The notes below the pieces were generated by a model that searched no databases, had not been told where the DNA came from, and worked only from the letters and a program-made list of their open reading frames with translations. 64,000 bases of DNA from Pirellulales bacterium (GTDB taxonomy: Bacteria; Planctomycetota; Planctomycetia; Pirellulales; UBA1268). Below are positions 35,019 to 44,098 of the stretch, piece after piece. Location: NCBI GenBank assembly GCA_041746715.1, contig JBGTGN010000156.1, positions 14,900-78,899 of the forward strand. The letters are read 5' to 3'. Every line of letters starts with the position of its first letter. The stretch's first letter is position 1. Position numbers and translations under genes: made by a program.

Positions 35019-35594
35019 ATGCTGAGCCTTCAATCTGCGTCCGGCGCCCGGTGGCTTGCCCAGATCGATGCCGATTTCGAGGTCGTGCTCATCGACCATG
35101 CCCACTGTGAGAAGAAGGCGGCGAGTGCCGCGATGAATCTTCTTTTTTCCTACGTGGATCACACCGATCTCGCGAGGGCGATGACAGAGATCGTGGAGGA
35201 GGAGCTCGAGCATTTTCGGATGGTGCTCGACCTGCTCGACCGGCGGGGGGTTCGGTTCTGCAAGCTGTCGCCCAGCTCGTATGGCCCCAGACTTCATGAG
35301 CTTGTGCGGCGAGACGAGCCGGGGCGAGCTGTCGATCGACTGCTCGTCGCGGGGCTCATCGAGGCCAGAAGCTGTGAGCGATTTGCTCTTCTTGGCGAGC
35401 ATGTGGCCGACCCTGAGTTGCGTGATTATTACCGTGGGCTTTTTGAGTCGGAGGCCAGGCACCATTCGACGTATGTGCGGCTCGCGGCTGAGTTCGCCGC
35501 AGAAGACGAGATTCGCGAGCGGCTTCACGAGCTGGCCGCGGCCGAAGCGGCGATTATCGAGCAGGGTGATCCGTTTCCGCGAATGCATTCCTGA
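35019..35594 (+). CDS. miaE: tRNA-(ms2io6A37)-hydroxylase (di-iron)
   Basis: [27 protein letters not shown], and [14 protein letters not shown] are MiaE-type di-iron ligand motifs. Confidence 0.85.
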   Translation: MLSLQSASGARWLAQIDADFEVVLIDHAHCEKKAASAAMNLLFSYVDHTDLARAMTEIVEEELEHFRMVLDLLDRRGVRFCKLSPSSYGPRLHELVRRDEPGRAVDRLLVAGLIEARSCERFALLGEHVADPELRDYYRGLFESEARHHSTYVRLAAEFAAEDEIRERLHELAAAEAAIIEQGDPFPRMHS

Positions 35595-35619
35595 CGTTTT
35601 TCATGTGAGAAGGCTGCAC

Positions 35620-37623
35620 GTGGCGAAACCGACACACGCTCGAAGTATTCCGGTGAACGAGATCATTGCCGTTGGGGCGCTTCTCGCGCTGGCCGCCTGG
35701 GGCGTGCTTCACTGGTCGGGCTCGGGCGAGCAGCCGGTGTCGCTTGGTCCGTTTGATCCCGGGCGATGGTTTCCGGGTCGGGGGCTTGCGCTCGACGAAC
35801 TGCCACTGGTGCTCATGCTCATCGTCGGAGGCGTGCCGCTGGTGGGTGACCTCGCGCTCAAGCTCGCGACGGGACGGTTTGGCTCTGACCTTTTGGCTGG
35901 CATTTCGATCGTGACGAGTGTGATCCTGGGGGAATATCTCGCCGGTGTGCTCGTGGTGCTCATGCTCTCCGGGGGCGAGGCCCTCGAGAGCCGCGCCGTG
36001 AGCCGGGCGGGGGATGTGCTTGCGGCGCTGGCCCGCCGAATGCCGTCGGTGGCGCATCGAAAGGCCGGCGACACGCTCGTGGATGTGCCGCTCGCCGAGG
36101 TGCAAGTGGGCGACGTGGTCGTAGTCTTGCCCCACGAGATCTGCCCGGTCGACGGCACGGTCGAAAGCGGCCACGGATCGATGGACGAAAGCTACCTCAC
36201 AGGCGAGCCCTACCGGATCGCGAAGGCGCCGGGCTCGTCGGTGCTCTCCGGGGCGATCAACGGCGAGGCGGCCATGGAAATCCGCGCGGAGCGAGTGGCC
36301 GCCGACAGCCGCTATGCCAAGATCATGGCCGTGCTCGAAACAAGCGAAGAGCGTCGGCCGAGACTTCGCCGGCTCGCCGACACGCTCGGAGCCTTTTATA
36401 CGCCCCTGGCCGTGACGGTCGCGATCGCGGCCTGGTGGGCGAGTGGTGAGCCCGTTCGGTTTCTTGCCGTGCTCGTGGTGGCGACGCCCTGCCCGCTTCT
36501 CATCGCGATCCCGGTGGCGATCATCGGCGCGGTGTCGCTCGCGGCCAAGCGTGGGATCGTGATTCGCGACCCAGCGGTGCTCGAGCGGCTCGATACCTGC
36601 CGCACGGCCATCTTCGACAAGACAGGCACGCTCACCTACGGCGAACCGAGGCTGACGGAGGCTCTCGTGGTTGGGCACATGCAAGCAGACGAGGTGCTCG
36701 CCTTAGCCGCGAGTCTCGAGAAGTATTCGCGGCATCCGCTCGCCGAGGCGGTGGTTGCGGCGGCGGTCGAGCGTTCCCTTGCCACCGGTGACGTTTCAGC
36801 GGTGTCCGAAATTCCGGGCAAAGGGCTCGTCGGCCACGTGCGTTCGGACGACGGCCAGGAGTATGACGTCTCTATCACGAGTCGGCAGAAGCTCGCAGGC
36901 ATTGATCCCGAGGCGATTGACCGACTGCCGCCGCAGGCAGCGGGGCTCGAGTGCGTCGTCGTCGTGGATGGCAAAGCTGCCGGTGTGCTCCGGTTTCGGG
37001 ACTCACCGCGGGCCGACGGCCGCACGTTTGTTCGGCATCTCGGCCCGGCCCACGGACTCTCGCGGGTGATGCTCGTCTCGGGGGACCGAAAGAACGAGGT
37101 TCAATGGCTCGCTGACGTCGTGGGGATCACTGAGGTGCATGCCGAGGTGTCGCCGGAAGGAAAGCTCGCCATCGTCGAGGCCGAGGTGGCGAAGGCGCCG
37201 ACCGTGTTTGTGGGAGACGGCATCAACGACGCTCCCGCGATGGCCGCAGCGACAGTGGGCATCGCGATGGGCACCGCGAGCGATGTGACCGCCGAGGCGG
37301 CAGGGGCCGTGGTGATGGATCAGGCCCTCGAACGCGTCGATGAGCTTTTTCATATCGCGCGGCGGATGCGAAGCGTCGCGCTCCAGAGTGCCGTCGGTGG
37401 CATGGCGGCGAGCCTCGTGGGGATGGGGTTTGCGGCCGCGGGACTTCTGCCGCCCACGGCTGGGGCCCTGCTCCAAGAGGCGATCGATGTGGCCGCGGTC
37501 TTCAATGCCCTGCGGATGTCATGGCGGCCGGGGGCCCTTTCCGACTACCGCGGACCACGAGAGGGTGAGACCGGGGATCGAGAGTCGAGCCCCGTTTCGC
37601 CCCGTCTGCCTGACCGGCTTTGA
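35620..37623 (+). CDS. P1B-type heavy-metal ATPase with a TPCP transmembrane motif (P1B-5-like)
   Basis: [35 protein letters not shown], the TM motif [11 protein letters not shown], and the last [18 protein letters not shown]. The start is uncertain (in-frame GTGs at 35605, 35620 and 35653); the ORF-track start at 35281 overlaps miaE and is rejected. Confidence 0.9.
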   Translation: MAKPTHARSIPVNEIIAVGALLALAAWGVLHWSGSGEQPVSLGPFDPGRWFPGRGLALDELPLVLMLIVGGVPLVGDLALKLATGRFGSDLLAGISIVTSVILGEYLAGVLVVLMLSGGEALESRAVSRAGDVLAALARRMPSVAHRKAGDTLVDVPLAEVQVGDVVVVLPHEICPVDGTVESGHGSMDESYLTGEPYRIAKAPGSSVLSGAINGEAAMEIRAERVAADSRYAKIMAVLETSEERRPRLRRLADTLGAFYTPLAVTVAIAAWWASGEPVRFLAVLVVATPCPLLIAIPVAIIGAVSLAAKRGIVIRDPAVLERLDTCRTAIFDKTGTLTYGEPRLTEALVVGHMQADEVLALAASLEKYSRHPLAEAVVAAAVERSLATGDVSAVSEIPGKGLVGHVRSDDGQEYDVSITSRQKLAGIDPEAIDRLPPQAAGLECVVVVDGKAAGVLRFRDSPRADGRTFVRHLGPAHGLSRVMLVSGDRKNEVQWLADVVGITEVHAEVSPEGKLAIVEAEVAKAPTVFVGDGINDAPAMAAATVGIAMGTASDVTAEAAGAVVMDQALERVDELFHIARRMRSVALQSAVGGMAASLVGMGFAAAGLLPPTAGALLQEAIDVAAVFNALRMSWRPGALSDYRGPREGETGDRESSPVSPRLPDRL

Positions 37624-37686
37624 CTCGCTTCCCGCCGTTTTCTATTCTTCGTGACTCTCCACGACACACCAAAGGACACCAACGGC

Positions 37687-37881
37687 ATGGGCGGCATCAG
37701 CAATCGGATGAAGGAAGTCAAGCGACGTCGGCACCGTCGCCAGAAGCTCGCGAAGATCGAGACCAAACTGAAGAAGGCCACCATCAGCGAGAAGCTCGTC
37801 ATGGCGGAGAAGCTCCGCAAAATGACACCAGGCTGCGAAGACCTGATTGTTCGCATGGGCCTCGAAGAGCGGAAGCGGTAG
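37687..37881 (+). CDS. Small highly basic protein (hypothetical, 64 aa)
   Basis: MGGISNRMKEVKRRRHRRQKLAKIETKLKKATISEKLVMAEKLRKMTPGCEDLIVRMGLEERKR. AAAGGA lies 10 nt upstream. Local GC is lower. An alternative start is at 37651. Confidence 0.5.
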   Translation: MGGISNRMKEVKRRRHRRQKLAKIETKLKKATISEKLVMAEKLRKMTPGCEDLIVRMGLEERKR

Positions 37882-37934
37882 ACGGCCGCTGGGTATGGTT
37901 GGGTTGGGCTTGAGCGTTCCGTGACCTCGTCGTT

Positions 37935-39197
37935 TCACGCCAACACGCCGGCGATTGCCGCGGAGAGCGCCGTCGCGAGCGTGGCGATCACGAGAGCCTT
38001 GAGGCCAAGCCTGGCGAGATCCTGCCGCCGCTCGGGCACCAGCGCCCCGATGCCGCCGACCTGAATGCCGATACTCGACAGGTTGGCAAAGCTGCACATC
38101 GCAACGGTGGTGATGAGCGTGGCCTTATGACTGAGGGCATCGCCCCGCACGAGCTTGCCAAGCTCTTCATAGGCCACCGCCTCGTTGGTGACCGTGCGAA
38201 TCCCGAGGAGGCCACCGACTGTGTCGCATTCGTTCCACGGAATACCGATCGCCCAGGCCAGCGGTGCGAAGAGCCAGCCGAGCATTTTCTCGACTGAGAG
38301 ATCGGGAGCCCCGAAGAGGCCACCGAGCTGGCCGAGCCCCAGGTTCACGAGCGTCACCAGCGCGATGAATGCGATGAGCACGGCCCCCACGTTCACCGCG
38401 AGGAGCAGCCCGTCGCGGGTGCCCCGAGTGGCGGCATCGATGAGATTGGCATCGGGCCTGGCATCATCCATCGCAAGGCTGCCAAGCGTCTCGGGCTTCT
38501 CGACTTCGGGCACAACGATCTTTGCCAGATAGATGGTCGCTGGGAACGTCATGAGGATTGCCGCCAAGAGGCCGCGGGAAGCCGTCTCACGAAGCGCCGG
38601 GTCACCACCGCCAATAAAGCCAATGTAGGCGGCGAGCATGCCGCCAGACACAAGCCCCATACCGCTGGTCATCACCACGAGCAGCTCCGAGCGGGTGAGC
38701 TTGGCGAGAAAAGGGCGGATTGTGAGGGGCGCCTCGGTCTGCCCCAGAAAGATCGAGGCGGCGGCGTTCATCGTCTCGGCACCGCTTGACCCAAGCACGC
38801 GGGCGGTCACCCAGGCCACGCCGCGAATGACAAGCTGCATGACGCCGAGGTGATAGAGCACGGCGAAGAGTGCAGCGACAAAAATGATCGTGGGGAGCAC
38901 CTGAAAGGCAAAGACGAAGCCCACGGGGCCATCCGCGCGGGCAAGCTGCTCGCCAAAGAGAAACGCGGCTCCCTGGCCCGCACACGCAAGCACTGCGTTG
39001 ACCCATGCCGCAGCGGCATCGAGCACGCTTCGGCCCGCGTCGCTTCGCAGGAGCACGAGGCCAAGCCCGCACTGAAGCGCGAGGCCTCCGAGGACCATCC
39101 GCAGGGAGATCGCCCGGCGGTTCTCGGAGAAGACCCACAGAATCCCAAAGATGGTCGCGACGCCGATAAGCCCCTGGAACCGCTCAAGCCCGTCCAT
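37935..39197 (-). CDS. nupC: Concentrative nucleoside transporter (NupC/CNT family)
   Basis: MDGLERFQGLIGVATIFGILWVFSENRRAISLRMVLGGLALQ plus a polytopic CNT-like sequence throughout. Confidence 0.85.
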   Translation of the reverse strand: MDGLERFQGLIGVATIFGILWVFSENRRAISLRMVLGGLALQCGLGLVLLRSDAGRSVLDAAAAWVNAVLACAGQGAAFLFGEQLARADGPVGFVFAFQVLPTIIFVAALFAVLYHLGVMQLVIRGVAWVTARVLGSSGAETMNAAASIFLGQTEAPLTIRPFLAKLTRSELLVVMTSGMGLVSGGMLAAYIGFIGGGDPALRETASRGLLAAILMTFPATIYLAKIVVPEVEKPETLGSLAMDDARPDANLIDAATRGTRDGLLLAVNVGAVLIAFIALVTLVNLGLGQLGGLFGAPDLSVEKMLGWLFAPLAWAIGIPWNECDTVGGLLGIRTVTNEAVAYEELGKLVRGDALSHKATLITTVAMCSFANLSSIGIQVGGIGALVPERRQDLARLGLKALVIATLATALSAAIAGVLA

Positions 39198-39274
39198 ATC
39201 AGTGTTTCCTGGTGAATCAGTGGCGGCGTTCCGAGCATCTGCCCTGCCGCAGCAGAATACCCGTTCGTCCGCGG

Positions 39275-40192
39275 TTACGCCTCGCCATACACCGCCGTCA
39301 GGCTGTCATGAAGGGGCGTCGTCGGCTTCCAGCCGGTCAGGGCCGTGAGCAAACCGTGGCTGCCGCGGATGTCGGCGATGTCGTGAGGTTGCGGATGATC
39401 CTCGGCGACCACCCTCGCGGTCACTCCCGCAATCGCCATGAGCCCTTCGAGCAGGTCACCAGTTTGCACCGAGCGAGCGGAGCAGACGTTGGTGAGTGTG
39501 CCAGGGGGCGCGTGAGCCAGCAGCAACTGATAGGCCTCGACGGCATCGCGGATGTCGAGATAGTCACGCCTGCCGCCGAGCCAGCGGCAGACAATCGTGT
39601 CGGTCTCCCCATTGGCCACAGCCCGCACGGCCGCCGCGAAACGGCCCGGCGCCAGGCCCCTGCTGACACCGGCACCGATGAGATTGAAGGGGCGAGCGAC
39701 GACGATCTCGAGGCCGCTTCCCGCTGGCTCGGCCAGCGCCGCCTGTACGACCGCGTGTTTACTCTGGCCGTAGGGACTCGTAGGCTGGCAGACGACCGAC
39801 TCATCCACCGGCAGACGTTCCGAGGAAACGTGGCCGATCTCGGCTGCCGACCCGACGACGAGCATGCGCATGGGTTTTTGTGTGGCGCGTGGCCGAAGGG
39901 CGTCGCGAAGCCGTTCAAAGCCACCGACATTCACGCGCATGAAGTCACCCGGCGCCGCATCGGCCTGGCAGCCTGCGAGGTGATAGATGGTGTCTGGTGC
40001 TGCCCATGCCACAAGATCCCGCACGGCGACCATGTCAGTCATGTCACAAGCCCGGTAGTGGGCAAGAGGCAACCGGCATGCCGCACGTCGGCCTGTGCCA
40101 CACACGATCGCGGTGGGGTCTTGGGCGAGTGCCTCGGCGAGGTGTCGGCCAGTGAACCCGTTGACACCGGTGATCAGAATGCGTCGAGGCAT
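39275..40192 (-). CDS. NAD-dependent sugar epimerase/reductase (extended SDR)
   Basis: MPRRILITGVNGFTGRHLAEAL (GxxGxxG) and SPYGQSKHA (YxxxK). Start set at the ATG at 40192. Confidence 0.85.
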   Translation of the reverse strand: MPRRILITGVNGFTGRHLAEALAQDPTAIVCGTGRRAACRLPLAHYRACDMTDMVAVRDLVAWAAPDTIYHLAGCQADAAPGDFMRVNVGGFERLRDALRPRATQKPMRMLVVGSAAEIGHVSSERLPVDESVVCQPTSPYGQSKHAVVQAALAEPAGSGLEIVVARPFNLIGAGVSRGLAPGRFAAAVRAVANGETDTIVCRWLGGRRDYLDIRDAVEAYQLLLAHAPPGTLTNVCSARSVQTGDLLEGLMAIAGVTARVVAEDHPQPHDIADIRGSHGLLTALTGWKPTTPLHDSLTAVYGEA

Positions 40193-40203
40193 ATGACGGG
40201 CCT

Positions 40204-40971
40204 CTACGCCGCACGGCGCTGCGTGGTGAGTGGCCACTCCGGAAGGGCCGGCAGGATCATGGCCTGGCATCGCTCGAGATCGCCGGGGCGGCCGATGTCG
40301 CACCAGATGCCATCGTGGCGATGGCAGAAGACGTTTTGGCCTACCGCGAGAAGCCGGTCGAGGACTTCGGGCATGGTCACAGCCTCGTCGCGTGCGACAT
40401 AGTCGCACACCTGCGGCGAGAGACAGTAAAGTCCCATACCGATGAAGGCTTCGAGGACTGGTTTTTCGAGGTAGCGAGTGAGCCGTCCGTCGGCGTCAAA
40501 CTCGACGGTTCCGTAGTCGATCGGCGTCGTGTGTCGGCGTACGGCGACGGTGGCGGCCGCCCGGGACGCGACATGCTTCAGAGCGAGCGTTCCAAATGAA
40601 AGATCGGTGATGATGTCGGCGTTGGCGAGAAAGAAGGCTCGGTCGGGTGGGGTGAGGAGGCCCAGGCAGCCGGCCGTGCCAAGAGGCTTTGGTTCGCGGA
40701 GGTAGTCGATCCTCACGCCCAAGTTGCGGCCGTCACCGAGGTGGGCCTCGATCACATCGGCGCGGTGGTGGGTGACGATCGTAAACGCCTCGACTCCCGC
40801 CTCGTGGAGCCGTGCTATCAGCCGCACGATCACGGGCACGCCCTGAATGGGCACGAGTGGTTTGGGGATGGCGCGGCCGATCGCCCCGAGGCGTGTGCCG
40901 CGACCCCCGGCCAGAATGACGGCCCGCTTTGGCACCTGGTCGCAAGCAGTCTTGCTGACGGCGTCGCTCAT
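40204..40971 (-). CDS. Sugar-1-phosphate nucleotidyltransferase
   Basis: AVILAGGRGTRLGAIGRAIPKPLVPI is the NTP-transferase signature. It overlaps the upstream gene by 4 nt. Confidence 0.85.
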   Translation of the reverse strand: MSDAVSKTACDQVPKRAVILAGGRGTRLGAIGRAIPKPLVPIQGVPVIVRLIARLHEAGVEAFTIVTHHRADVIEAHLGDGRNLGVRIDYLREPKPLGTAGCLGLLTPPDRAFFLANADIITDLSFGTLALKHVASRAAATVAVRRHTTPIDYGTVEFDADGRLTRYLEKPVLEAFIGMGLYCLSPQVCDYVARDEAVTMPEVLDRLLAVGQNVFCHRHDGIWCDIGRPGDLERCQAMILPALPEWPLTTQRRAA

Positions 40972-41948
40972 ACCGCGTACTCCTCGGGCCGGTAGCGGTC
41001 AGCGTGGCGGCGAATCCATTCGATCGTGCGGGTGAGGCCCGTGGTGAGATTGACCTCTGGCGTCCATCCGAGCAGCCGCTTCGCTCTGTCGGCACAGCAG
41101 ACGAGCCGATCGACCTCGCTTGCAACCGGACGGACGCGATGCTCGTCGGCCTCGACATCGAGCGTTTGGCCGAGGATCGTGGCCGCTGTGTCGACGATCG
41201 CGTGGATCGGTGTGCCCGTGCCGGTACCAAGCTGAATGACAGAGCCTTCGACGTCTGGCGCAGTGGACGCAGCACGGAAGCCTGCGGCCGTATCTGCAAC
41301 AAAAAGAAAATCCCGGATCGTGTCGGTTGAGCCGAGTCGGATGCGGCCGGTCGCGAGGGCCTGCGTGATAATGGTTGGGATCACAGCCCGGGCTGACTGC
41401 CGAGGGCCATAGGTGTTGAACGGCCGCACGACGACTACGGGCAGCTCAAAACTCGCGCGGTACGACAGCGCCAGGAGGTCGGCCGCGGCTTTGGTGGCAG
41501 CGTAGGGGCTTTGGGGTTTGAGCTTGTGTGACTCGTCGATGGGCACCGATTCCGGTGAGCCATAAACCTCGCTCGTGGACGTGTGGACGAGCCGGCTGAC
41601 ACCTGCCGCCCGGCAGGCTTCGAGGATATTGAGCGTGCCGTCGATGTTCGTGCGAACGTAACTTTCGGCGGCGCGGTAGCTGTACGGGATGCCGATGAGC
41701 GCCGCGAGGTGGAAGACATGGTCAGAGCCTCGCACTGCCGCCTCCACGCATGATCGATCGGCGATGTCGCCCGAGACGATCTCGACGTTCGCGAGGATGT
41801 CGCGGGGGACGTCATCGAGATGACCGCGGCGACCGGCAGAGTTGTAGTGAACAAACGCTCGCACCCGCGTGCCCGCGCGGACGAGGGACTCGACGAGATG
41901 GCTTCCGATAAAGCCACCGGCTCCGGTCACGAGTACTTGGGGGGTCAT
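40968..41948 (-). CDS. NAD-dependent sugar-nucleotide dehydratase/epimerase (extended SDR)
   Basis: VLVTGAGGFIGSHLVESL, TSTSEVYG, and SPYAATKAAAD. Start set at the ATG at 41948. Confidence 0.85.
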   Translation of the reverse strand: MTPQVLVTGAGGFIGSHLVESLVRAGTRVRAFVHYNSAGRRGHLDDVPRDILANVEIVSGDIADRSCVEAAVRGSDHVFHLAALIGIPYSYRAAESYVRTNIDGTLNILEACRAAGVSRLVHTSTSEVYGSPESVPIDESHKLKPQSPYAATKAAADLLALSYRASFELPVVVVRPFNTYGPRQSARAVIPTIITQALATGRIRLGSTDTIRDFLFVADTAAGFRAASTAPDVEGSVIQLGTGTGTPIHAIVDTAATILGQTLDVEADEHRVRPVASEVDRLVCCADRAKRLLGWTPEVNLTTGLTRTIEWIRRHADRYRPEEYAV

Positions 41949-42054
41949 GGTGGAGAGCTGCGCGCGGGCTGGGAAAGGCCCGAGACAGTAGGAAACGCCG
42001 CCAAGCTGGGTCCAGAGCGGATCTGGGCTCTTGGGGAGGGGCCGAAGTGTCGGT

Positions 42055-43383
42055 TTACGGTCTGCGTGGTGGCCCGATATCAACCATGGAGACCTTCGTG
42101 CCGGTCCAGCGCAGGATGCGGAGACAGAAGAGACTCCACAGGTTATGAAGTGAACCGATGACCATCACGAGAGCGGGGCGAGACCGGAAAGCGTCGAAGC
42201 CGATGCGGGTTGTGAGGTGATGGTCGAGCGTTGGGTCACCGGCGACGGTCTCGAAGAACGATATGGCTGTGGCATTGTCCTCAAGTTCTGCGCGGGCCGA
42301 GAGCAGCCAGAGAGCATGCTGTGGTTTGTGCCGGGTGGCGGCGAGGCGTCGGGCGCGGGAGTCGAGGTCAATAAGCCGTTTGAGGTCGAGGGTTTGCGGT
42401 GGCTCCCAGGGATCGCTTTCGCGTGGGAGCGGTTCGTGATGGAGTGCTTCGCCGAGGCCATGTCGCATGGCGATTTCGCGATTGCCCGCTTCGTATCGGG
42501 CAAGAAGCTCGGCACGTTCCGCTGGTGAGAGCCAGCCGGCGATGCCTGTGTTCTTGCTTGCACGGTCTTGAAACGCGGCTTCGAGGACCGCTTGGCGTGG
42601 CAGCGTTTGCTCGCCGTGGGATGAGCGGCGGTTGAGCATGCGCATGTATTCGAGCCAATCGCGGGAAGGGGTGATGTTGAAGGCTTCAAGGTCCTCCGGG
42701 AACGGCACCGTGACGAGTGGTGGTTCGAGCCCGAGAACCCGAGTGAAGAAATCGACGACGATGCCGCCGGGCATCTGCGATGGCTCGTAGCCTACGACCG
42801 TCGTGGCCGCGGTCCCAAAAGCGGCTTCCCAGCAGGCGAGGATCGCGCTTGTCTCGAGGCGTGGGGCAAACTGCTCGCGAAAATCGTCGAGTGTCGGGTA
42901 ATGCCGGTTGCTCCCCTTGATGAACTGAGCGTAGTGGGCGGCGAGGAGGTGATCCTGGCGCCGGAGGTACGAGACGACTGTCACGCTGCCGCCGACATCA
43001 GCGATGGCGCGGGCCAGGAGCTCGCTGCCGGCGGTGACATCCTCAATCGCAAAGTCGGCGTCGTGGGCCGAGCGCATGTCAAAAAAATCCTCGGCTGAGA
43101 AGATCACCGTCTCCGTCGCCGGTGGGCACAGGGCGAAGAGCCCGCGGAGGTGCTCCATGACGGTTGCCGTTGCATTCGGCTCGCATCCCTCCCGCGTCGC
43201 GGCACGCACCACATCGAAGAGAGCGTGGTGGTTCATCTCGTAGGGCCGAAGCTTTCCCGAAGCCCTGTCGGGCACGGCAAAGGCAAAACCATGCTCGCCA
43301 AGATAGGCCTGGTTCGCATAGAGCGCCGACTGGAGCGCCTTCGACCCTGTCTTGTGCTGCCCGATGTGGAGGATCACGTGCAT
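42055..43383 (-). CDS. Hypothetical protein, possibly sulfotransferase-like
   Basis: The N-terminus MHVILHIGQHKTGSKALQSAL resembles the PAPS 5'-phosphosulfate-binding loop (PKxGTT type). The rest is unrecognised. Confidence 0.5.
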   Translation of the reverse strand: MHVILHIGQHKTGSKALQSALYANQAYLGEHGFAFAVPDRASGKLRPYEMNHHALFDVVRAATREGCEPNATATVMEHLRGLFALCPPATETVIFSAEDFFDMRSAHDADFAIEDVTAGSELLARAIADVGGSVTVVSYLRRQDHLLAAHYAQFIKGSNRHYPTLDDFREQFAPRLETSAILACWEAAFGTAATTVVGYEPSQMPGGIVVDFFTRVLGLEPPLVTVPFPEDLEAFNITPSRDWLEYMRMLNRRSSHGEQTLPRQAVLEAAFQDRASKNTGIAGWLSPAERAELLARYEAGNREIAMRHGLGEALHHEPLPRESDPWEPPQTLDLKRLIDLDSRARRLAATRHKPQHALWLLSARAELEDNATAISFFETVAGDPTLDHHLTTRIGFDAFRSRPALVMVIGSLHNLWSLFCLRILRWTGTKVSMVDIGPPRRP

Positions 43384-43403
43384 GGGGCATGCCAGCCGAT
43401 TGA

Positions 43404-43496
43404 TTGACGCGTGAATACGTGATTCAAGACTGAAGGCCTGAAAACCCCGGAGCGGAGCGCAGGGATTCCATGAGTGAATGCGTCAACCATCACGAG
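43404..43496. repeat. ~90-nt intergenic element, copy B
   Basis: TTGACGCGTGAATACGTGATTCAAGACTGAAGGCCTGAAAACCCCGGAGCGGAGCGCAGGG...GAGTGAATGCGTCAACCATCACGAG. Homologous to 34809-34899. Confidence 0.7.
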
Positions 43497-44098
43497 GGTT
43501 TCCGCGCCCAGCCGATGACCCGGGGCGGCGTCATCACCCAGCGGACCTGTTTTTCGACAAGACCCTCGAGGAAGACATCTCGCACGGCTTGCTCGCTGAA
43601 CCGGTAGTAGTCGCCTGGAAAATTGTGGACCCCAAGCGTCGAGGTGCCCGCGACGAGGGCATCGTGTTTCGTCACTGTGGCGAGGAGCCCGATCAGGCGA
43701 CCGACGAGCGACCGCGGTGGAGCCAGGCGCAGTGGCCCCATGCCGCGATATCCGGGCACGCCGATCACGATAACGCCACCGGGCTTCGTGACGCGTCGGA
43801 TTTCGGCAACGGTCTCCCAGAAGCGCGCGTCGTGTTCGAGCGTGGCGTTGCAGAGCACGCAGCCGAACGAATGGTCTCCAAACATGTCCATGCGGTTGGC
43901 ATTGCCCACGATCATGTCGATCCCGCCCCCGTCTGGAAACGCATCCTGATTGATCCCGGTCTTCCCATGGATCGTGGCAAGGGCCGGGAGATTGAGGAGT
44001 GAGTCGGGCCCAGGCCACGCGCCAACTTCAAGGACCGGGCCATCGATCGCCTCCTCTCGGCAGATGCGATTGAATGCGGCGTAGACCTCGGGACTCAT
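43490..44098 (-). CDS. Class I SAM-dependent methyltransferase
   Basis: VLEVGAWPGPDS (motif I-like) and LCNATLEHDARFWETVAEIRRVTKPGGVIVIGVP. Start set at the ATG at 44098, which forms an ATGA overlap with the upstream stop. Confidence 0.8.
   Translation of the reverse strand: MSPEVYAAFNRICREEAIDGPVLEVGAWPGPDSLLNLPALATIHGKTGINQDAFPDGGGIDMIVGNANRMDMFGDHSFGCVLCNATLEHDARFWETVAEIRRVTKPGGVIVIGVPGYRGMGPLRLAPPRSLVGRLIGLLATVTKHDALVAGTSTLGVHNFPGDYYRFSEQAVRDVFLEGLVEKQVRWVMTPPRVIGWARKPS

Noticed and set aside
35281-35619. 5' extension of the ATPase ORF back to 35281
   Set aside because: It overlaps the well-supported miaE gene in another frame. The ATPase homology begins only after ~35650.
35554-36684. 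376-aa minus-strand ORF
   Set aside because: It is antisense to the P-type ATPase gene. It is His/Arg-rich and not protein-like.
39212-40402. 396-aa plus-strand ORF
   Set aside because: It is antisense to the epimerase and nucleotidyltransferase genes.
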